A stretch of 64,000 nt of DNA. Source: a virus (Duplodnaviria; Caudoviricetes). Under the pieces are notes generated by a model. It saw only the letters and a list, made by a program, of their open reading frames with translations. It searched no databases and was not told the origin of the DNA. The stretch spans positions 1 through 64,000 of the IMG/VR virus record IMGVR_UViG_2700988794_000001. The stretch is one strand, 5' to 3'. Made by a program: the position numbers and the translations under genes. Numbering within the stretch: position 1 is the stretch's first letter; each line of letters opens with the position of its first letter. Below, in pieces: positions 33,301 through 43,971 of this stretch.

Positions 33301-36300
33301 GATTTCGGACGTTCAATCCCGCGTCATCTATACCTGGGATGCGAACACCGAACCCGACATGATGGGCTACACGCTGGAGATCAAGGAAGAGGGCGGCGAT
33401 TGGGTCGGCTTCAATACTTCAACGGCGATCTACCCGATCAACGTCCTGCCCTCCACCGCGCTCGATGCACGGGTAAGGGCCTACGACGTGAACGGCAACT
33501 ACTCCGCCTTCACCGCTGTCTACTCGACGGTAGCGGCAGGCGACCTCGTACCTCCGGCGGTCCCGACCAACTGGACGGCCAAGGGTGGCTTCGGTATCGT
33601 GTTCCTGGAAGGTGACCCGAACAGCGAACGCGACTTCCGCGCCTTCGAAGTCTATGCGAGCGAAGCGACTGATGCGCCCGATGGTGCAACTGTTGCAACG
33701 CATACCTCCTCCGCCAATCAGGTGTTCATCACCGATCTTGACGATAACCTGACCCTGAATTTTTGGGTAAGGGCCGTGGACACGTCTGGCAACAAGTCGG
33801 ACTGGACGGCGATGTTCTCCGCCACCACGGTCTCTTCCAACGTCCTCCTGACGACGGAAGCCCTGGAAGGCATCGTGGATCGCACCTCGTTCGCCACCTC
33901 CATCGAAGTGCCGGGCATCGGTAACGCGCTGCCTGACATCCCGTTCGATAGCTCGACGCCCAAGCAGTTCTTCCTTGCCACCGAAGGCAGGATGTACGTG
34001 CAGAAGGTGGACGGCACGGGATGGGTGCTGACCACTTCGACCACGATCCTTGACGGCCAGATCATCACAGGCCAGATCGCTGCCGGTGCCATCGGCACTG
34101 ATCAGCTTGCCGCCAACGCGGTCACGGCCAAGAACCTGTCGATCCGAGACTTCACCGTCCTCGCCGATAACGCAGACATGCAGCTTGGACCGGTGAAGGG
34201 CTGGGCGAATTCGTCCCGCATCTTCAACGACCCGGCGACGGCCTACCCCGGTCAGACGTGGGTGGCTAAGCTCATCGCCTCGGTAACGGTCACGGTCGCC
34301 AACGAACTGGAAGTCCCTTGCAAGGAAGGCGAGAAGTTCTATCTCTCCGCCAGCGTCAAGGCTTCCGGCGCGGCTGGCAGTGGCCGCAAGGGTGTGCGCG
34401 CTCAGTTCCTGGATAGCGCTGGAACGCTGCTCACGCCCGGCACCGCCGATACCACCAGCATCCCCGCCGATTGGGTATCGGTCTCCGGCTTCGCCACGGC
34501 ACCTGCTGGCGCTGTCCGCGTTCGCCTGGAAATGATCGCCTACAACAACGAAGGCGGCACGGTCTACATCGCCAATCCTCGGATGATGCGCGCCGCTGCC
34601 GTGCTTATCGAGCCGAACGGCATCACCTCCGACAAGATCACGACGGGCGAGTTCATCACGCTCTCCGCTCAGATCAAGGATGCGATCATCACCGACGCCA
34701 AGGTTGCCAACCTGTCGGCTGCAAAGTTGACGGCTGGCACCGCGCTTGCTGGAAGCATCACGGTTTCGGGCACGGCGCTTTCGACCATGCAGTCCCAGGC
34801 CAATGACCCGGCGACCCGCATCAATGCGCAGTCCACCCAGATCGACCCAGGCAAAATCCTGATCTCCGGCGCTACCACGCTGGCCTCTTGGCGCGACGGC
34901 ACCGATACCACCTTGATCGCGGGCGGCAAGCTGTCGGCGAACAGCGTGACCGCCAACAAGCTCACTATCGGCGCTCGCGGCATCAACCTGGAGAACATCC
35001 AGTTCTCCTACGACAAGACGGCTGGCACTGTCTCGTGGACGGCGGGAACGCTGCGCTACATGAGCACGAATGCCACGACCGGCGTTGTCGAACAGCGTGG
35101 CCTCGTGGTCTCGGTGCAGGCACTGCCACCTGGACAACCGGGCGTCTCTACATCTACTGGCAGAAGCCCGATCCCGACCCGGCGCAGTCCACGGCTATCA
35201 CGTTCTCCTCCACGAACGTCATCGCCACGGCGAACGCTTCCGATACCGTCGTCTTCGCCACCTACGACGGTGGAACGAAGTTCAACGCCAACTACGGCCA
35301 GACGATCATCGACGGCGCAACGATCCAGACCGGCACCATCGTAGCCGCACAGATCGCGGCGAACGCCATCACGTCGGACAAGATCACGGCGAACGCTGTC
35401 AACGCCACGCACATTGCCGCTGGCATCATCACCGGCAAGCATCTCGATGCTTGTCCGACTACTCGAACGTCGTTCAGGCTGGCGACTTCGATCAGTTGAC
35501 GGCGGCTGACCTGTGGACCTATGGCGGCGGTTCGATCAGCCCGCAGTATTCCGGCTTGTCGAACACGGGCAACTTCTATCTGGAAGCCAACGGTGCGCAG
35601 ACCGGCAAGTACCAGTTGGTTCTTGACCGCAAGAGCACGTCCTACGGCACCAACCTGAATGCCACCCTGGCAAACAAGTTCCCTGTCACCCAGGGCCAGA
35701 CCCTGACCGTGGAAACGTCCTTCTGCACCAAGGGCAGCGCCACGACGGCGGGCTTCTATCTGACGGTGTACTTCTACGACCAGGACGGCGTCCAGACTAG
35801 CTCGTCGTTCCTCTGGAACAACACGGCCATCCCGGCGGCTTATGCCACGGCGACCAAGAAGATCGTTGTCCCGGCGGGCTCGGTTTACTGCGCTATCCGT
35901 CTGACCCATGGCGTGGGCTCGAACTCACAGTACCTGTATGTGGACCGCGTTGCTGTCCGCTATGCGAATGCCGCCACGCTGCTGATCGACGGTAGCGTCA
36001 AGGCCAACCATATCCAGGTTGACGACCTTGCCGCCTTGCAGATCACGGTCAAGAACATCGACATCGAGACCGGCACGATTGGCGGCGAGAAGCTGACCAA
36101 CGGCGCAATCTCGGATGTCTACGTCGATAGCTCTGGATCGTCCATTTACCTTAACGGCTCCTCGAACATCCTCGTTCGTAACATCGCCGTGAAGGCAACA
36201 GAGCGCTTGATCTTCAATGCCACCTGGAACATCCGAAGCTTCATCGACTTTGACACGGAAATCTGCTGGTATGGTTATGCCCAGCTAGTCGTCAACAGCA

Positions 36301-36536
36301 CGGTTATTGCGCAGACTATGATTGTCGGGCCTGCCATTGACGGCTATACGTGTAGCAACCAGTCCATGGCTGGCGCGGCTATTATCGGTTCTGACCAGAC
36401 TGTCACCTGCTACTTCCGCTTCGTCATCGGTTCCGGCGGCACACCTCGTGCAGGCAGCTACAACGGCGGAGCGCTGTCGCAGAACCCGATGTCTAATGAC
36501 GGCGTCTACTGGACCATTCTGAGGGCAAAGAAATGA
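30389..36536 (+). CDS. central tail fibre / host specificity protein J (indels near 35115 and 35450)
   Basis: GEGEIGGL, WTDNPAW, FN3-like repeats, CBM-like domains. Confidence 0.88.
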
Positions 36537-36928
36537 TTTGGTTCCTACTTTACAGGCTGGACGGCTCCATCGCCCAGCACAGCAACGCCCACAACGAAGA
36601 GGAGGCACAGGCGCTCGCTGAGCTTCTTGACCTCTCTCTTCTTGTGCTGGAAGACCAGCTAGAGGATGTCCGTGACTGGTACGTCCTAGACGGCGCGCTT
36701 ACGCAGAGGAGCGAGATCGCCGCCGAAGACACTTACGATATCGTCGCTGATGGCGTGGCCGAAGTGTCCTTCCCCGTCCCGGCGGGAACGAAGATATTCT
36801 TCCAAAGGGAGTGGCACGTGTCGGACGGAACCTTGGCGTTCGCCACCGACACACCCGGCACCTATACTTTCTTCGTAGAGGGCTCGGTAAGCCACAAAGA
36901 AAAGAAGGTGACCATCAATGCGGTTTGA
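36533..36928 (+). CDS. tail-associated hypothetical protein
   Basis: Coupled to the end of gpJ. Confidence 0.6.
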   Translation: MIWFLLYRLDGSIAQHSNAHNEEEAQALAELLDLSLLVLEDQLEDVRDWYVLDGALTQRSEIAAEDTYDIVADGVAEVSFPVPAGTKIFFQREWHVSDGTLAFATDTPGTYTFFVEGSVSHKEKKVTINAV

Positions 36929-37328
36929 TGTCAAAGCTGGCTTGCAGTCCGTCAAGGACGAACTCAAGGCCAAGGTCGATTACGAAGCCTGGCAACTGCG
37001 CTCGCAGTACATCACCACCATCCCAGGGCAGGACATGGTCTACATGGAAAAGCGCCTGGAGGCAGAGATCGTCGTGGCCGACCCTGACCTCGGCGAGAAC
37101 CTGTCCGCTGCCGAAATCCCGCACGTGGCCAAGGAGGCTACCACCTCCGGCGTCAGTCGCTTCGACAAGTCCGTGGAAATCCTGACGCTGGCGAACCTGT
37201 GGAAGCAGGTGTCTCCGGCTATCGAGGATCGCCGCCTGTCAACGAAGAGCGCCATCGACGCGGCAATTACCGTAGCGGAAGCTCGTGCTCTGAGTGTAGT
37301 GGACTGGTCCGACCTGTCCCTTATGTAG
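36918..37328 (+). CDS. tail fibre assembly-like protein
   Basis: RSQYITTIPGQDMVY..K..EA pattern. Confidence 0.6.
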   Translation: MRFDVKAGLQSVKDELKAKVDYEAWQLRSQYITTIPGQDMVYMEKRLEAEIVVADPDLGENLSAAEIPHVAKEATTSGVSRFDKSVEILTLANLWKQVSPAIEDRRLSTKSAIDAAITVAEARALSVVDWSDLSLM

Positions 37329-37417
37329 TGCAACAGTTGCACCGCAGCAGTTTTTGCTTGACATTTATCTCGGCGATAACCTACACGTGTTTCTAATCGC
37401 ACTCGTAGGGATCAACA

Positions 37418-37711
37418 ATGTCCGGTGCTGCACCCAATTCCGTCATCGAGATTACGCGTTCGGAACTCGACGCTATTATCGATGCTGCCGCTGAGCGTGG
37501 CGCTATCAAAGCTTTGAAGAGCCTGGGTCTCGATGATGACAAGGCTCCTCACGATATCCGTGACATTCGTCAGTTGATCACGGCGTGGCGCGACATGAAG
37601 AGCGAAGCGCTGAAGACCGCTGCCAAGATGGTCACGACCGCGATCCTCACGGCCATCGTGATCGGCCTCGGGGTGCAGATGGGCGTGACCAAGCTTTTCG
37701 GAAGCCCCTGA
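37418..37711 (+). CDS. DUF6127-like membrane protein (possible holin)
   Basis: AAERGA..AL..LGLDD..A..DI..IR.L..AWR with C-terminal TM helix. Confidence 0.7.
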   Translation: MSGAAPNSVIEITRSELDAIIDAAAERGAIKALKSLGLDDDKAPHDIRDIRQLITAWRDMKSEALKTAAKMVTTAILTAIVIGLGVQMGVTKLFGSP

Positions 37712-37891
37712 TACCCACTGGACGTAGGGCTTCTTCAGCGCTATAAGGTTTTGCAGGCATCACCTAAACCTACACGTGGAGAAGCCAATGCCAAGTTTTG
37801 GGAAACGGTATCTGGTTTACCTCGCGCTGCTCACTACCCTTGCAATTGTCGTGGGCGTGAAAGTGCAACAGGTTGCAAACGGAGTACCGTC

Positions 37892-38566
37892 ATGACTACG
37901 CAGATCATTGCGCTGATGGGCGCTGCCGGTTCCGGCAAAACCACCGTATCGAAAAAACTTCAGGCCTATGGCTTCTCCCGCTACCGGTTCGCCGGAACGC
38001 TCAAGCTCATGCTCCGCACTCTGGGGCTGACCGAAGAGCAGGTGGACGGCAGCGAGAAGGAAATCCCCTCCGATCTTCTGTGTGGTCGGACGCCGCGCCA
38101 CGCCATGCAGACCATTGGCACCGAATGGCGTGACATGATCCACCCGCATCTCTGGACGCGGGTTCTGGAAGCGCAGATCGTCAACCAGATCGCCGCCAAT
38201 GAAAGCTACGATCCGCCGCGCCCGTCCTTCATCGTCATTGACGATTGCCGCTTCCCCCACGAGGTGGATATGATCAGGCGTCTTGGCGGCGAAATCTGGT
38301 GCATCCGTCGCGCCCAGACCGAGCCCGGCATCGTTACCCGGTGGGTGTCGAAGCTGCCGTGGCCGCTGAAGCGCTTGGCGGCTTTCGTCCTCAACATCAA
38401 GCCTCTGCATCCGTCCGAACTCTACTGGATGGACATTGACGAGGATGTGACCCTCTACAATAACACCTCCGAAGCCGACCTCATGGATACCGTCGAGACG
38501 GCGATCTACGAGCGCATCGAAGGTCCGACCAAGGACACGGAAAATGAACAACTCTCTCTTCTTTGA
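37892..38566 (+). CDS. deoxynucleoside monophosphate kinase
   Basis: GAAGSGKT, FAGTLK, TPRHAMQTIGTEW, IDDCRFPHE. Confidence 0.9.
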   Translation: MTTQIIALMGAAGSGKTTVSKKLQAYGFSRYRFAGTLKLMLRTLGLTEEQVDGSEKEIPSDLLCGRTPRHAMQTIGTEWRDMIHPHLWTRVLEAQIVNQIAANESYDPPRPSFIVIDDCRFPHEVDMIRRLGGEIWCIRRAQTEPGIVTRWVSKLPWPLKRLAAFVLNIKPLHPSELYWMDIDEDVTLYNNTSEADLMDTVETAIYERIEGPTKDTENEQLSLL

Positions 38567-39730
38567 CGCGGTCAAGCGGTCGCTCTTCGGCGGCTCGCTG
38601 ACGGACGAACAGCGTCGTGGCATGACGGCCATCCTCAACGTCTGGATTGCCCGTGGGACCAACGACGTTCGCCACCTAGCCTATGTGCTGGCCACGGCCT
38701 ACCATGAGACCGGGACACGCATGATCCCCGTCCGTGAGGGCCAGGGCCAGCGCAAGCTGTGGTCCGACGCCCAGGCACGCAATGCCGTCGCGCTCCTCCT
38801 GAAGGCCAAGAAGATCAAGCGCAACTACGCGCTGCCCGGCTCCTATGGCAACAGCTTCTATGGTCGCGGCTATGCCAGATCACCTGGGAGACGAACTACA
38901 AGCGGATGAGCCCGCTTACTGGCGTCGATCTTGTCCGCTACCCCGACAAGGCCCTGGAGCCGGAGATCGCCGCGATCATCCTTATCGAGGGTTCGACCAA
39001 GGGCGTATCGCTGAAGGGCGACTTCACCGTCTATTCGCTCGAAGACTTCATCGCCGGAGACAAGTGCGACTACGTCAACGCCCGCAAGGTCATCAACGGC
39101 CTGGACCGGGCTGGAGACGTTGCCAAGTACGCGCTGAAGTTCGAAGCCGCCCTGGAAGACGCGGGCTATGAGCACGTTCCGGCCAAGGCACCCAAGAAGA
39201 TCAAGGCTACCCCCGCCAAGCTCACCAGCGAGCAGCTACGTGGCATACAGCAGGCCCTGAAGGACAAGGGCTACACCATGGTCGGGCGCGTCGATGGTGA
39301 ATGGGGCGACAACACCGAAGACGCGATCCTCGCCTTCCGGCGCAAGAACGGCCTCCCACTCGTCCCGGTTATCGATGACGAATTCAAGGCTGCTCTCTGG
39401 TCCGGCGAGAACAAGGCCGTCAGCGATGTCCGCTCTACGGCAAAGCTGGCAGACCTGAAGGGCATTGCGCCCGGCGCTTCCGAAGTGGCCCTCCTGAAGA
39501 AGGGAGCTACTTATGTCGGTCTCGGCTCGTTCGCAACCGGCGGCGCGCTCTCGACCGACGACATCACCGGAGTGACCAGCAAGATCAGCGCCGCCAAGGA
39601 ACTGATGGCCATGCTGCCGTCGCCGGGAACGCTCTTCCTCATCGCAGGTGGCGCGCTCCTGCTCTACTTCCTGGTAACCCGCGTGGGTTCGAAGATCGTC
39701 CACGCCTACCGTGAAGGAAGCATCTCATGA
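38544..39730 (+). CDS. endolysin: GH19-like domain, PG-binding domain, C-terminal TM segments (indel near 38875)
   Basis: YVLATAYHET, YGRG, QITW.NY, ARKVING; VDGEWG..T..AI.AF. Confidence 0.82.
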
Positions 39731-40026
39731 GCGCCTTGTTTCGGATCGGCGGAGAAGTCATCCCGTGGTTGATGAGCTTCAGCATCACCAGGGTTCTCCT
39801 CATGACAATCGCCGCCGGGGTTATGTGCTTCGGCGGTTACGTCTTCTTCAGCGGCCAGACTGCCAAGACGACGGTCGAGGTTCTACGCCGGGAAAACCAC
39901 ACGCTCGCCCGTGGCAAGGCGGCAATCGAAATGCGCGTCCAGTCAGACGGCAAGGTTGGCTCCCTGGAGAACGCCGCCAAGGTGAAGGAGCTACGCCGAT
40001 GGGCCGTAAGTACAAAAAAGGAATAG
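39727..40026 (+). CDS. i-spanin (Rz-like)
   Basis: N-terminal TM helix; follows endolysin. Confidence 0.55.
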   Translation: MSALFRIGGEVIPWLMSFSITRVLLMTIAAGVMCFGGYVFFSGQTAKTTVEVLRRENHTLARGKAAIEMRVQSDGKVGSLENAAKVKELRRWAVSTKKE

Positions 40027-40277
40027 ACTGGAACGGCGTCGTCTTCGCGATCTTCATGGTTGCCCTGGTCGCCGTCCTGTCGTCTTGCGTCACCACCAAC
40101 GCGGCGGTTGATCCCGGCAAGGCTCCGCTACCTAACTTCTGCGAAGTCCAGGTCGCCTACCGTCCGCCGGAAGCAGAGTTGCAACATGTTGCCAAGTCGC
40201 CGTACACGGTGGACTATCTCTTGAAGCTCAATCAGTTTGGGCAACAGGTATGCGGCTGGGAGGAAAGTGTGAAATAA
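39999..40277 (+). CDS. o-spanin lipoprotein (Rz1-like)
   Basis: Lipobox LSSC; overlaps the 3' end of the i-spanin. Confidence 0.6.
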   Translation: MGRKYKKGIDWNGVVFAIFMVALVAVLSSCVTTNAAVDPGKAPLPNFCEVQVAYRPPEAELQHVAKSPYTVDYLLKLNQFGQQVCGWEESVK

Positions 40278-40372
40278 TTTGTAATATGTCGTTGACATGT
40301 AGTGTGGATGTGTTACAACCAAATCGTTCCTTGAAGCCTGCCCTTTGGCTCTTTGGAGTTGCGACAAAATCG

Positions 40373-40407
40373 AGCCGTTTGATCTGCCCTGATCAAACGG
40401 CTTTTTT
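40373..40407 (+). terminator. intrinsic terminator
   Basis: AGCCGTTTGATC / GATCAAACGGCT + TTTTT. Confidence 0.85.
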
Positions 40408-40418
40408 CATTTTAGGTG

Positions 40419-40447
40419 TTGACAAAGGATCGTTCCCAAGTTAGACA
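40419..40447 (+). promoter_or_regulatory. promoter, AAGGA-spacer class
   Basis: TTGACA AAGGATCGTTCCCAAGT TAGACA. Confidence 0.75.
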
Positions 40448-40499
40448 TATGGATGGCTACCACGAGCCACCACGAAACCTTAAACGGAGAGCACTGACA

Positions 40500-42173
40500 A
40501 TGGTCGGAGCACAGCTTACAAACGAACAGGCGGTTGTTCGAAATGCGGACGGGTTCCGCTCGAAACTCGCCATCCTCGATAAGGCCGCAGTCGGCGTTAT
40601 CCTCTGCCGCACCCGCGAGCCCTATCGCGCCCTGGACACCATCAAGGACTACGCATTCGGCGAAGACGTTGAATGCCGCCTCTGGACGGTCCTGTATGGT
40701 TGGGCCAAGTACAACAAGGCCGACCCGACCGCTGCGCCCCAGGTGGACAACCTGAAGGAAATCAACGGCGCTCTGATGGCCATCGGCGACATTGCTGGCA
40801 GCACGACCGGCTTCCCGAACGGCTTCTACGCCATGATGTACGCTCACTTCTGGCTGAAGCCGGGCCAAGCCAACCCGGTGACGATCCAGATCATCAAGGA
40901 ATATTGCCGCCTCTTCACGCAGAACGAAAAGCGCCTGATCCTTCTCGCGCCGCTCGGCTACAGCCTTCCGCAGGAACTGGAAGAAGACGTTCTGATCCTG
41001 GACTTCGACACGCCGTCGCACGCCGAGATGGGCGACATTTACGACGTGGTCATGGAAGGCTTCGGCGACAAGAAGCCGAACTTCAACAAGGACGCCAAGA
41101 ACCGCACGCTTGCGGCGGCGGCTGGCATGTCGCAGCAGGAGTTCGAAACCTCGCTGTCACGCGCCGTGGTCACGCACCGCAAGCATCTGCCGAATGTCGA
41201 TCCGGACCTGATTATCGGCGAGGTCATGCAGTCCAAGGTGGAAGTCGTCAAGCGCTCGGAAGTGCTGGAGGTGATGGAAGCCACCAACATGTCGAACGTC
41301 GGCGGTCTCGAAAACCTGAAGGAATGGTTGCGCAAGCGTGCTCCCACCTTCGGCGAGGATGCCAAGAAGTTTGGTATCGATGCACCCAAGGGCATGGCCC
41401 TGATCGGCCCTCCTGGTACGGGTAAGTCACTTTGCGCCAAGGCGACCGCCAACTTGCTCGGCTTGCCGTTGATCAAGTTTGACATCAGCCGCGTGTTCCA
41501 GTCGCTTGTCGGTCAGTCCGAGGAGCGTGTCCGGGCGGCGCTGAAGATGCTCGATGCCATGGCACCCTGTGTCGTCATGCTAGATGAAGTGGACAAGGCC
41601 TTTCAGATGGGCTCTGGCGGCGACAGCGGCGTCTCTCAGCGCATCTTGGGTCTTATCCTGACCCACATGCAGGAGACCCACGCTCCGCTCTTCTGGGTGG
41701 CGTCGGCGAACCGCGTCGATAACCTGCCTTCCGAGTTCCTTCGGCGCGGACGCCTGGACGAGGTGTTCTCTGTCTCGGTTCCGGAAGACGATGAACGGCT
41801 CGACATCATCAAAATCCATCTGCGCAAGCGCGGCCAAGACCCGGACAAGATCAAAGACCTGGACGTGGCAGTGCAGAAGTCGAACGGCTACGTTCCCGCA
41901 GAGTTGGAAGCGGCAGTCAAGGACGCCTTGATCGACGCCTTCAGCGACAACATTCCTGTGACCGGCGAACTGATCGGCAAGCAGCTTGGCAACATGAAGC
42001 CGCTGTCTGTCGCCTTCGCGGAACAGTTCCAGCGCATGACCGAGTGGGCGGATAACAACGCACGCCCGGCGTCGAAGTCCAAGGAGGAGAAGGTTGCCGT
42101 CCGTGCCCGGTCAAGAACCGCACCGGCAGTGGCTTCCTCCGGCAAACGTGCAGGTATGTCACTGGACAGCTAA
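40500..42173 (+). CDS. Ycf46-like AAA+ ATPase
   Basis: VGGLENLKEWL, GPPGTGKS, LDEVDK, EFLRRGRLDEVF; degenerate N-terminal AAA domain. Confidence 0.85.
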   Translation: MVGAQLTNEQAVVRNADGFRSKLAILDKAAVGVILCRTREPYRALDTIKDYAFGEDVECRLWTVLYGWAKYNKADPTAAPQVDNLKEINGALMAIGDIAGSTTGFPNGFYAMMYAHFWLKPGQANPVTIQIIKEYCRLFTQNEKRLILLAPLGYSLPQELEEDVLILDFDTPSHAEMGDIYDVVMEGFGDKKPNFNKDAKNRTLAAAAGMSQQEFETSLSRAVVTHRKHLPNVDPDLIIGEVMQSKVEVVKRSEVLEVMEATNMSNVGGLENLKEWLRKRAPTFGEDAKKFGIDAPKGMALIGPPGTGKSLCAKATANLLGLPLIKFDISRVFQSLVGQSEERVRAALKMLDAMAPCVVMLDEVDKAFQMGSGGDSGVSQRILGLILTHMQETHAPLFWVASANRVDNLPSEFLRRGRLDEVFSVSVPEDDERLDIIKIHLRKRGQDPDKIKDLDVAVQKSNGYVPAELEAAVKDALIDAFSDNIPVTGELIGKQLGNMKPLSVAFAEQFQRMTEWADNNARPASKSKEEKVAVRARSRTAPAVASSGKRAGMSLDS

Positions 42174-42194
42174 GTCTGCCACGTGATATAAAGG

Positions 42195-42307
42195 GCTTGC
42201 TCGGCGCATCCGTTCGCCGGGCAAGGATGAGCGGGGCCGGTTCGTGGTTCCTTCATCCCGCAACCGGGAGGGTTTGAGGTGGTTCTCCGCCCTCCCGGCA
42301 TCCTTTT
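42195..42307 (+). ncRNA. candidate three-hairpin small RNA with anti-RBS loops
   Basis: Stems 42196-42225, 42231-42261, 42264-42298; loops CGTGGTTCCTT and GGTGGTTCTCCG; possible TGGACA-18-TATAAA upstream. Confidence 0.55.
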
Positions 42308-42327
42308 GCAACATGTTGCATTAAGGC

Positions 42328-42356
42328 TTGACAAAGGAACGGTGCCAAGTTAAATT
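42328..42356 (+). promoter_or_regulatory. promoter, AAGGA-spacer class
   Basis: TTGACA AAGGAACGGTGCCAAGT TAAATT. Confidence 0.75.
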
Positions 42357-42385
42357 CCTATTGTGAACCACCACGGAGAACCACA

Positions 42386-43024
42386 ATGCTCATTTCCGCA
42401 ATCACTGGCGACCAGAACTTCCCGAACGGCAGCGCGAAGCTGCATCTCTTTTTCGTCCCGACGCGGCAGCGCATGGGGCAGGAGGTTCATATTGGTCAGC
42501 TTGCCCGAGGCGTCAACCCAGACGTTCCCTGCTCTGCCACCAACATCCGCCGCTTCAATGCGATGAATGGCGCTCCCGAAACCCTTGGGAAGTGGACGCA
42601 GGCCAACTACGATGTCCCAGAGGGTGTCGTGCTCAAGCTCTTCGGCACCCGGCGCACCTCCATCCAGGGGCAGAACATCGGGTCCGCCTCCGCAGTCATC
42701 TATGTCCAGGCGCGCTCGAATGCGGCGCTGACAAGCATCGACTTCAGCCTTATCCCTAACGACCGTTCGCCGATCACGCGGGCAGAGTTGCAGGGTAGGT
42801 TCGACATTCTCACAGGTGCGGAACTCGCACAGCTTGGCGTCTCCATGAACCAACAGACGCTGATGTCCATGAGCGAGCGCAACGTGAGCCGGGTATTCGC
42901 GTTGAGAACCCTTGAACGGCAGCTTCAGGCAAAGCAGACCGTCCGGACCACCACCGTGAATAATTCTGATGGCGAAGCTGTCGTCATTCAGAAGCAGGTA
43001 GCAAGGCGTGCCGTCAAGCTCTGA
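42386..43024 (+). CDS. hypothetical protein (C-terminus RRAVKL)
   Basis: CGGAGAACCAC RBS. Confidence 0.7.
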   Translation: MLISAITGDQNFPNGSAKLHLFFVPTRQRMGQEVHIGQLARGVNPDVPCSATNIRRFNAMNGAPETLGKWTQANYDVPEGVVLKLFGTRRTSIQGQNIGSASAVIYVQARSNAALTSIDFSLIPNDRSPITRAELQGRFDILTGAELAQLGVSMNQQTLMSMSERNVSRVFALRTLERQLQAKQTVRTTTVNNSDGEAVVIQKQVARRAVKL

Positions 43025-43033
43025 ACATAGGCC

Positions 43034-43062
43034 TTGACAAAGGATTGGGGTTAAGTTAGATT
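43034..43062 (+). promoter_or_regulatory. promoter, AAGGA-spacer class
   Basis: TTGACA AAGGATTGGGGTTAAGT TAGATT. Confidence 0.75.
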
Positions 43063-43102
43063 AGTCATAGTGGAATTGACCACGAAGGAAAGGAACCACG
43101 GA

Positions 43103-43546
43103 ATGTCTCATACCACCACACTGAAGGGCGTCCAGATCAAGGACATCGCCGCGCTTCGCGCAGCGGTCGCTGAACTCATCACCCAGGGCGTCAACTGCGC
43201 TCTCCTGGAGAACGCCAAGCCGCGCATGTTCTACGCGAGCCAGCACACCAACTGCGATTACGTCCTGAACCTGAAGGACAGCCAGTACGACGTTGGCTTC
43301 GACAAGCAGAAGGACGGCTCCTACGCTCCGGTGTTTGACGAATGGTCCAACCACGTCTCGGCGAAGATCGGCGCTTCCTGCCCGCTGCCGACCACGGCGG
43401 AAGGCAAAGCCCAGCACCAGATCGGCAAGCTGCTTCAGTCCTACCAGAAGCACGTCGCCATCAACGCCGCCGTCATGTCCGGCTACTCTGTCGAGAGCGC
43501 CGACTACGACAAGGAAGGCAACCTCCAACTCGTGATCAACGCGTAA
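43103..43546 (+). CDS. DUF1257 (Ycf35-like) protein
   Basis: MSHTTTLK..IKD..AL..A, YDVGF...DGSY..V.DEW, L.Q.Y. Confidence 0.75.
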   Translation: MSHTTTLKGVQIKDIAALRAAVAELITQGVNCALLENAKPRMFYASQHTNCDYVLNLKDSQYDVGFDKQKDGSYAPVFDEWSNHVSAKIGASCPLPTTAEGKAQHQIGKLLQSYQKHVAINAAVMSGYSVESADYDKEGNLQLVINA

Positions 43547-43600
43547 GGGCTCCGGCCCTTACCGCCCACCCTCGAAACACAGAAACGGAAAGCAACTCCA

Positions 43601-43819
43601 ATGAGCATGAAGCAGATCAAGGTCACCATCGATCCCATCGGCAACTCCAAGGTCGAAGCAATCGGCTACAACGGCGTCGGCTGCGAAGCCGCCACGAAGA
43701 CGGTCGAAGACGCGTTGGCCGGTGGCAAGGGCGGTGTTGACCGCGTCATGAAGCCGGAATGGTCGAACCCGAACACCGAAGAGCAGACCCAGCAGCAGGG
43801 CATCCCGACCTGGGGCTAA
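43601..43819 (+). CDS. DUF2997 protein
   Basis: IKVTIDP.G...VEA.GY.G.GC..AT...E.AL, KPEW. Confidence 0.8.
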   Translation: MSMKQIKVTIDPIGNSKVEAIGYNGVGCEAATKTVEDALAGGKGGVDRVMKPEWSNPNTEEQTQQQGIPTWG

Positions 43820-43971
43820 GACGATCCGCGAGGGGCTGGCAACGGCCCCATCGCTTCCAAGGTGAAGCCAGCCTCCTCTCATAGCCGCCGCATCATATGA
43901 GAGTGACACTTAAACCCTTCCTCGTGGGGTTTGGCTGGCTTCTCCCTGCAAGCGAAGAGGAGAACCACCCT

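Noticed and set aside
34060-36110. Repeats in gpJ as a diversity-generating retroelement target
   Set aside because: They are protein-level AxxITxxKI fibre repeats; no template/variable repeat pair or reverse transcriptase seen.
42195-42307. tRNA gene
   Set aside because: No cloverleaf, TTCGA T-loop in context, or acceptor stem; I saw no tRNAs in the window.
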